DNA from: Octopus vulgaris | Taxonomy: Eukaryota | Direction of reading: 5' to 3' | Length of the DNA: 64,000 bases | Assembly: GCA_951406725.2 (NCBI GenBank) | Contig: OX597821.1 | Span: 104,532,001-104,596,000 of the forward strand | Part shown: piece by piece, positions 55,628 through 64,000 of the stretch | How the letters are laid out: every line of letters begins with the position of its first letter | Numbering within the stretch: the stretch's first letter is position 1 | The notes under the pieces: generated by a model | Database searches by the model: none | Told to the model about the DNA's origin: nothing | What the model saw: only the letters and a program-made list of their open reading frames with translations | Position numbers and translations under genes: made by a program

Positions 55628-55828
55628 TAATCCAAACATGAAAACAAAAAGACAACAACGCGAGGATATGGAGCAAATAAAGTATTATTGGACGCTCAGG
55701 AAAGAAGGGAAGAAGGAGGGTATGACGTTTCGAGCGGAGCTCTTCGTCGGAAACATAGGAGAAAGAAAGATCCCGAGGTGGGAGGACAGAGGGAAAAAAC
55801 GCAAGTGGTCTTCACGAGGTCACATTCT
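55622..55828 (-). mobile_element. pLTR-like unit in (TA)n with a hammerhead-like motif (55720-55754)
   Basis: Minus strand: gttt-CCGACGA-a-gagc tcc gctc-GAAAC GTC-atac (U4C core variant). Confidence 0.65.
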
Positions 55829-55836
55829 GTATATTT

Positions 55837-56660
55837 ATACAGAGTGGGTGGACAGTACCTAGGCATTCCGATTTGATTATACAATTTTTAGTATCACTAT
55901 GTCCATGACAAAAACATTTTTTGAAACATGCAACACTAATGGTGATTTCTTATTTTCTTATTGTCTTATTGTTTTTTTTCTCATTTTCCAGAGGCCGGAA
56001 ACTTGACTGTTCAGAATCGAGCCTATATAACAGCACGGTATGAAGTGGGGCTGTCACTTGTTTAGATATGGTGGTGTGCATGGAATGGTAAGCATGCAAC
56101 ACTACGTCTGAAGACAGTAAAAATTTGTCATTGAAAGCTGATGACCAAGGGTTCTTTGATCGATGCGAGAAAAAGTGGCCGCCCAGCCACAACCCGATCA
56201 GCGAAGAAGGTGGCAATAGTGTAGGTAATATTTTATCACCACCCGCAAAAATCAAAACGTTAACCAGCTGGTGAATGTGGACTAACAAGACACACAGTAC
56301 TTATGGTGTTACATAAAGAATTGAATTTTCATCAATGGAAACATCAATACGTGCAGAAGTCCGGAAGTCCAGTTCTTGCTCCGGGCAATGGGGTTACACG
56401 AAACAGGTGTACAAGCAAAAACCTCGCAAACTGGAGAACTTGGCAACACGGATTCGAGAGATTCTCAATGATATTCAAGACGACGTTCTGCAGAAAGTTG
56501 TTTATGCCATCTCTGCCGTTTGAGAAACCGGTTACGCCATCGCTGCTTACGTTGAAATATGGAGATTCACTTTCATTTTCCCATGTAATAAAGAACATGT
56601 ATAGGTCGTTACAATAAATTTGTAAAAAGAATATGAACTTCATTCCCAATCTGTAATGCC
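55837..56660 (+). mobile_element. Tc1/mariner-superfamily relic
   Basis: Starts TA-cagagtgg; WPP motif; KQVYKQKPRKLENLATRIREILNDI..DVLQKVV resembles Tc1-like C-termini. Confidence 0.55.
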
Positions 56661-56944
56661 AACTTATTTTTCACTCACATTATACTATTATACTTATAGT
56701 GTTATTCGTGAGAATCATCATATTTTGATAATTTACCATACGCACATTGAATATTTTGTATTCACTCCAGCTTAGCCATTATTATTTTAGTTTCTTTCTC
56801 AAGACTCTTTCATCACACAACTGTTACCTCCTAGCGACTACCAATCCTGCGTGTCTCCTCCCCTTCTGCTTATTCCATTTTGTTTTCCAAAGAAAGAACT
56901 TTGCAAAACAAATACATAAACGTATATGTATGTAATTAAGTGTG

Positions 56945-57050
<106 letters not shown>

Positions 57051-57098
57051 GTATGTATATGTGTGTGTGTGTGTGTATACATGCGTATGTATACATAA

Positions 57099-57165
<67 letters not shown>

Positions 57166-57433
57166 ATGTTTCATGCATGTATTTATTTGCGAATAATATT
57201 ATTCTTAGAAAAGAAATGAATTCGGCCACTTCATAGAAATATCGTAAATATATTCATAGAAAATTTTAAAAGGCGATGAGAATGTTTCGGTTAATATGCA
57301 TGTGTTGGCATATGTATCTTGGAAGTAAGGAGGCCTATAGAGATGTAGGTGGAATTGGAATAATGTAATGTATGTCAAAATTATTATGCGTACACATTTG
57401 ACAATATTTCAGACTCTGAAATTATAATTATGT

Positions 57434-57435
<2 letters not shown>

Positions 57436-57505
<70 letters not shown>

Positions 57506-57506
57506 G

Positions 57507-57541
<35 letters not shown>

Positions 57542-57630
57542 CCTACCTACCTACCTACCTACCTACCTACCTATCTATCTATCTATCTATCTACCTACCT
57601 ACCTACCTACCTACCTACCTACCTACCTAC

Positions 57631-57669
<39 letters not shown>

Positions 57670-57718
57670 CCTACCTACCTACCTACCTACCTACCTACCT
57701 ACCTACCTACCTACCTAC

Positions 57719-57765
<47 letters not shown>

Positions 57766-57798
57766 CCTACCTACCTACCTACCTACCTACCTACCTAC

Positions 57799-57839
<41 letters not shown>

Positions 57840-57840
57840 C
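57436..57840. repeat. Alternating (ATCT)n/(ACCT)n tetranucleotide array
   Basis: Directly visible. Confidence 0.95.
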
Positions 57841-57978
57841 ATCGATTTATATCTCTGTCTCTCTATCAATGTGAAAAATAAATGTGGTTTTCTATGTATA
57901 TACATTAATACATTTATACATGCATAGAATCATACATTGCCATTCATACATATACGTATAAATATACATGGATATATA

Positions 57979-58026
<48 letters not shown>

Positions 58027-58062
58027 CACACATACACGCACGCATACACACGCACACATACA

Positions 58063-58107
<45 letters not shown>

Positions 58108-58967
58108 TAATGTGAATGCAAGAACGCCGGATATTTGTATTGATTCAGAAATAGATAGAGTTGAAGAATTTACACATGAAGATTTAAGTAATTCACAATG
58201 GGCACACACGCGCAGTCACCGTTACTCTCTTGCCATTTAGAAAAAAAAACATTTATGAACATATATACATATTTTCATGTATAATTACATGTACACATTT
58301 ATATGTATATTTATACATAAATTATCTCGACTGATAGCGTGAAACTGTACAGAAAGGAAATTCAAGCGATTTCTGTATTCCAGTAATGAAGTTTGTTTGA
58401 TATATTTTTCTATTTAATAAAAATACACCTTGAGCTAAAGATTTTATATAAAGATTACACGGAAAATTGTGAAAATGAGATCGATGTACTCTTAGTGAAT
58501 ATTGCATTCACAATTGGTGTCATTAAGTGCATACATACACACTCACATAGACGCATACACTCACGAACACACACATATAAATAGATAGAAATACGCACAT
58601 ATGAATTTATATCCATGTATATATGTTGATCACACAGACATATATATATGTATATGTATGCCTTTATATATGTATATGTGTGTGTTAAATTATATCTATG
58701 TTTTATAACACACACACACACACTAACACACACACACGCACACATATATGAAATTATCGCTGTGTATGACATTGTGTTTGTGATGCTTTTGTTCTTTCGG
58801 TGAAGTTACTCGGGTAGATATTATAGTATGCAGAAAACATCGAATTTCTGAGTGTATGTTATTGTAAATTCCGATAAATATGTATGTGTGTATGTACGTA
58901 TTTATGTGTATATGTATGTAGTTATATCTATTTCTATATCTATATCTATCTGTGTATGTATATATAG

Positions 58968-59101
<134 letters not shown>

Positions 59102-59223
59102 GGTTTTGTGTGAGTGTGTGTGTATGTATTTGTGAACGGAATCATACAAGAAAACATACACAAATACATACATACACACACTAAGGTGTGGATTCAAATG
59201 TATTTCGCCTACTGAGTAATAAT

Positions 59224-60130
59224 TAGAGCTGTAACAATTGATTAATTAAATAATCAATTTAATTAACTTAATCATTCAATTAGCTAATCAACAAATCAAT
59301 CTATCATACAATCAATTGCGCCTCTGATGATGAATTATGACAGCAACAGCGTTGATTTGTTCGCTATGAATTTATTTTTACAGCGGTGTGCTACAATATG
59401 GCGACATTCAATATACAAGATGATTCGGTTTCATTTACAGTTAGGGAGACTGAGTTTTATGTCTTCAATGAGGGAAAAACCTGAAATACTTTAGTGAATT
59501 GATACGAAGTATGTTCTAGAATATGTACAATTGTTTGATCAATACGTTAACGAATTTTATTTTCTCTTTACTATTTCCAATATATACAGCAGAAATGAAG
59601 AAACATCGATGTCTGGAATCCAATAGTTGGCAGCACTAGACAGATATGGTATCTTTACACCTTTGTACCATAACAGAGAGTTATTTTTTGCACAGTAGCT
59701 GCAGTGAATTAGCGTTATCCAACTGAAATATGTCACAAATATATTTTAATTAATCTAAAGTTCCCTTATGCCTAAACGCTGCTTTGCCCTGATATTCCTG
59801 CAGTATAGACTATATTACACACTTGTCCATCAATCATAACTTCGATTGTCTGGATCATTGCGCGAAAATTTCTAGCATCTACAGAGAAAGCAATTGAATG
59901 GATTACAAAGGTCTTCAGATATGTGGGTTAATTTCTTCAATGCCATCAGGTAGAATTTCGGTGACACTACGGATGTCATATCTACTGAAGACAAAATGAA
60001 AACTCGACACATGACTCTTTACTGAAGTAATCGATAAACCCGCGAGCAACTCACGGCATTTGCAAAATCTGCTAAAATTACCAACCAAATATCTCTGTAA
60101 AGAAAAGAATAGCTTTAGATGACGAAGTTG
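59224..60130 (-). mobile_element. Possible hAT transposon relic
   Basis: Terminus tagagctgtaacaatt; minus translation NSLLWYK...PYLSSAA..IP resembles the hAT dimerisation domain. Confidence 0.35.
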
Positions 60131-60139
60131 TTGTTATAT

Positions 60140-62740
60140 ACACAAACACATCTCGGCTGAAGTTGTCTCGATTAAAGTATTTCTCGGTTATACGTTTCGT
60201 TTCAAAAATAATATATGGAAAAATAAAAATCAAGTTTACTAATTTTAGTCGAATTTACGTCTGTCGCCACAAATATTGGAATCGTAAATTCACTAGAAAT
60301 CCGTTAAAATCACATAAAGTCATGCAACTGCACATGAATAAAAATAAGTTTATTTATGTGCAGTAAATAAAAATAAAAACACAATAAATAAAAATAAAAA
60401 GATAGAAAATCACATTAAAATACGTACAGTAAATGTTAAGGTACACACCATAAAGTAGCGTAGCTTAGTGAACGAAATGAAATCAGCTGTGTTGTCTTAT
60501 TTATAGGTCTTTCGGAACTTATATTGCACTGTAGTTCCAATATCTACCGTTAGGAGTCGTTGTCACTCGTGATTCTCGCGATTGTTTTGAATTCACATTT
60601 ATTTACGTCTGTTTATTGGCTACTTTCTCATTCTCATTCATTTGTGACATTATTGTTTGCCCCCATGGCTGCTAATAAGAAAATTTATAGTGAAAGTGCT
60701 AATCGTCATGCTATAACGCTGGAAGATAACCTGGCTATGATACAACGTCATGATAAAGATGAAAAAGTGGTAGCAATTGCGCGATCTTTTAGGATAAGTC
60801 GCAAAACTGCATTCACGACTGTACTTAGTAAGGACACGATTTTAACACATATAAAATATGAAGCCCCAGGGATGAAGAACACTATTATCAATTAGAAGAG
60901 AGACAAAATCTTTGAAGAAATAGAAAGTCTTCTTTCTCTTTTGATTGTTAGGGTGAATCGTCAGCGTGTTATTATTAAAGAAATTATTCATGAGAAAGCC
61001 TTGTCTTTGTTTGAAGACCTAAAGAGAAAACATACAGGTGAGAAAGATTTAGAGGAAAGTCAAAGATGGTTCATGTTCATGAGATTCAAAGAGCGAAGAA
61101 GTTATCACTCCTTTAAGAAGCAAGGTGAAAGTGAATCAGCTGACGAACAAGCAGCAGCGGATTATCCTAATGCATTAAAGAAAATCATCGAAGGAAACGT
61201 GTTTCTTCCCGAACAGACGTAACTATTGTATTGGAAAAAAAAAATGCCGGATCGTTCATTCATTTCCAAGGAAGGGGAAACTATTCCCGGCTACACGGTC
61301 TCAAAAGAACGTGTTACCATTATGTTAGGAGGTAATTGTGTAGGAGATTTTAAGTTAAAGTCATTGATTGCGTACCATGCACCAAACCCCGTGTCCTGAA
61401 GAACTTACCCAAGGTACTCTTCCTCTTATATGGATGGTTAATACAAAAGCATGGGCTACTGTTGTTGTTTTTGAAGATTGGTTCTTCAATCATTTTACCC
61501 CAGCGGCAGAGAAGTACTGCAAGGAGAAAGCAATGATTCTTTTTAAGATTTTATTTAACTTAGATAATGCTCTTGGCAAAAGATCGTGGATTTTGACCAC
61601 AACGTTACACCACGTCTCTTCTGCAGCCAATGAATTAAGGAATAATTGCTATCTACAGGCGTTATATTATTAAGCGTACGCTGCGGTAAGTAATACCTGC
61701 AACTGAGCTTGATGAGTCCATCATACCTCGTGACTTTAGGAAGAAATACGATATCTATAAGGCTGTACAGAACATAGCGGCGGCATGGAATGGTGTACAG
61801 AGCACGGCTTTGAATGATGTATGGAAGAATCTATGCCGACAATTCGTGAATGATTTTAAGGGGTTTGGTAATGTTGCCATCTGCAAAATATTAGTTACTA
61901 CGACCAAAAATCTGGAAATGGATTTGGAGGAGGAGGATTTAACAGACTTATTTGGAAAAGAAAAGCAGCCCCTGAGGAACGAGGATTGGGTAGAACTTCA
62001 GAAGCAGCAAAATAAAGAAGATTGGAAATCGAACATGAGCCACGTCATTTTACCATTAAGAAAATGCAGCAAGCATTTGCATATATCGCAAAAGGTCTAT
62101 GTTTGAGGACATAGATCCAAATGCTCAACGCTTTTCCAAGATTATGGGGCATGCCACGAAGCTTTTGCTCCTTATAATGTAATCCTTGAGGTAAAGAAAA
62201 AGACAGTTCAAAGAACACTCAACCGATTTTTTTAAGCGCATCGAACATCAAGAACAACCAGAGGCAGCCGTTGATGTTGACGATCAACAGCCATCTACAT
62301 CTGCGATGTAAACCATCAAATTCTATATGTGAATGGTAAATTTAAAATAACTTTACTTTTTCTATACTATTGCAAAATAATAATTACTGAATTTGTTTTT
62401 TTTTTAGCTTTAAGAAAGACAATTATTTTACCATGTCTTATTGCAAACTGCATTCATGAATAATGCGTCTGCGATGTACAGTAAACACAACGCAATTGTA
62501 TTCGTTAGATTACGATTTATTTTACTGTACTGTATTAAATCATAGAAGTTATTTGTCTGTAATCTCCAAATAATTTATTATTAACCATGTATTATTAAAA
62601 ATGCATTGATAAATAAAATACAGAACTAGGAATGATTATTATTGGGTTAGCCTAGAGACAAGTTAATTCGACTGAAGTCGGTTTTCGATTTACGTCTTGC
62701 CTCCTGGAAACAATTAACGATTTAGGGTGAGGTATGTCTG
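60140..62740 (+). mobile_element. Tigger/pogo DNA transposon, near full length, pseudogenised
   Basis: AITLE..HTH, IHEKALSLFEDLK, GESESAD, WKKKMP, KERVT, KAW..VFEDWF..HF, LDNA, WKNLC; right TIR gaggtatgtctg; left end uncertain. Confidence 0.9.
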
Positions 62741-62780
<40 letters not shown>

Positions 62781-62821
62781 AATATGTATACATATACATA
62801 TACATATACATAGACATGCGA

Positions 62822-63023
62822 GTAAGCACAAAAGTTCAAAGTAGGTTGGAAAAAGTTAGTACTCGAATATCGGGCTTAGAGTAATATAGAAAGACCAGTT
62901 ACTGAGAGTGTCACGTTCTCGTTAGTCGGACAGCTGAGAGAAGTTTATTCCACTCCTGATCACAAGAGTTCGGCGAGCGGTAACGTGTAACTACGAGTAA
63001 CAGTGTTTTGTGGTGTTTTTACT

Positions 63024-63026
<3 letters not shown>
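62822..63026. mobile_element. pLTR-like unit with an inverted pair of decayed hammerhead motifs
   Basis: Minus 62896-62933: ctgt-CCGACTA-acg agaa cgt-GACAC tctca GTA; plus 62966-63003: gagt-TCGGCGA-gcg gtaa cgt-GTAAC tacga GTA-acag. Confidence 0.5.
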
Positions 63027-63065
<39 letters not shown>

Positions 63066-63069
<4 letters not shown>

Positions 63070-63180
63070 GAAGGAGCTTCTACAGGCCTAGAACTGTTTC
63101 ATTCAAAAGAAATCATTAGGAAGCTCCTGATGATTTCTTTTGAATGAAACAGTTCTAGTCCTGTAGAAGCTCCTTCTATA
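63066..63180. repeat. Near-perfect 56-bp-arm palindrome made of two opposed hammerhead motifs
   Basis: Arms 63066-63121 and 63125-63180, two mismatches, 3-nt loop. Confidence 0.95.
63122..63171 (+). ncRNA. Type-I hammerhead ribozyme motif
   Basis: agctc-CTGATGA-tttc tttt gaat-GAAACAG ttctagtc CTGTA-gaagct; stem II is weak. Confidence 0.7.
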
Positions 63181-63253
63181 AAATAAATTAAGTTACTCTG
63201 CTATGTATTGAGTACCTTATTTACTGTGGTTAACCCCGACTCAACCCGGGACC

Positions 63254-63338
<85 letters not shown>

Positions 63339-63608
63339 GGCGTACAGGCAGGGAGCTGGTTCAAGAAGAGGTGTATGCAACACATGGTTTTACATTTAGA
63401 GAACGTAACAAAACAATAAGTAATTTAAAAGAAAAATGTATTTTACATGTAAGGGACATAAAAGGGATCAACTTTATACTAATACAAATTGCTTGACTCT
63501 TAGCTCCTTCAATCGGTGGAAAAGAAATAAATTTTCTTTATTCTGATTTCAGAATAACCAAATTATTCTCTTGCAAATCCATTTTAGTTAGGTAATAACA
63601 TTTGTAGT

Positions 63609-63928
63609 GAGGGCGCGTGGCTTAGTGGTTAGGGCATTCGGCTCATGATCGTAAGGTTGTGAGTTCGATTCCCGGCGACGCGTTGTGTCCTTGAGCAAGA
63701 CACTTTATTTCACGTTGCTCCAGTCCACTCAGCTGGCAAAAATGAGTTGTACTTGTATTTCAAAGGGTCAGCCTTGTCACTCTCTGTGTCACGCTGATTA
63801 TCCCCAAGAACAACGTTAAGGGTACACGTGTCTGTGGAATGCTCAGCCATTTGCACGTTAATGTCACGAGCAAGTTGTTCCGTTGATCGTATCAGCTGGG
63901 ACCCTCGTCGTCGTAACCGGCGGAGTCT
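63609..63928 (+). mobile_element. tRNA-derived SINE family D, full length, with TSD
   Basis: A box tggcttagtgg, B box gttcgattcc, V-domain-like tgtgtccttgagcaagacactt; TSD ttaggtaataacattt(g/a)tagt at 63588 and 63929. Confidence 0.92.
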
Positions 63929-64000
63929 TTAGGTAATAACATTTATAGTCTAGAATCTCGGTTCTACTTTTGATTTTTCTTTTAGCTTATTTCCGTCAAT

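Overview
AT-rich, microsatellite-saturated eukaryotic non-coding DNA. The SINE families and the (TA)n/(CA)n/(TACA)n density suggest an octopod cephalopod; this is an inference. I see no intact host gene, and nearly all ORF-track entries are translated microsatellites. Recognisable content: two RTE-clade LINEs sitting in (TA)n tracts, one split by an exact 5' inversion; a Penelope GIY-YIG 3' end; R4/Dong-like and CR1/L2-like LINE relics; pogo/Tigger, mariner, Tc1-like and hAT relics; a MITE; a Helitron-like relic; about 25 tRNA-derived SINE copies built from shuffled modules; and a 1.25-kb two-LTR mini-retroelement nested in an RTE tail. The most interesting signal is a dispersed set of short, mostly microsatellite-embedded Penelope-pLTR-like units carrying minimal hammerhead ribozyme motifs. 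Two of these show the compensatory U3:A8 core, and three loci hold back-to-back inverted ribozyme pairs. Coordinates were read by eye, and the boundaries of degenerate elements are approximate.
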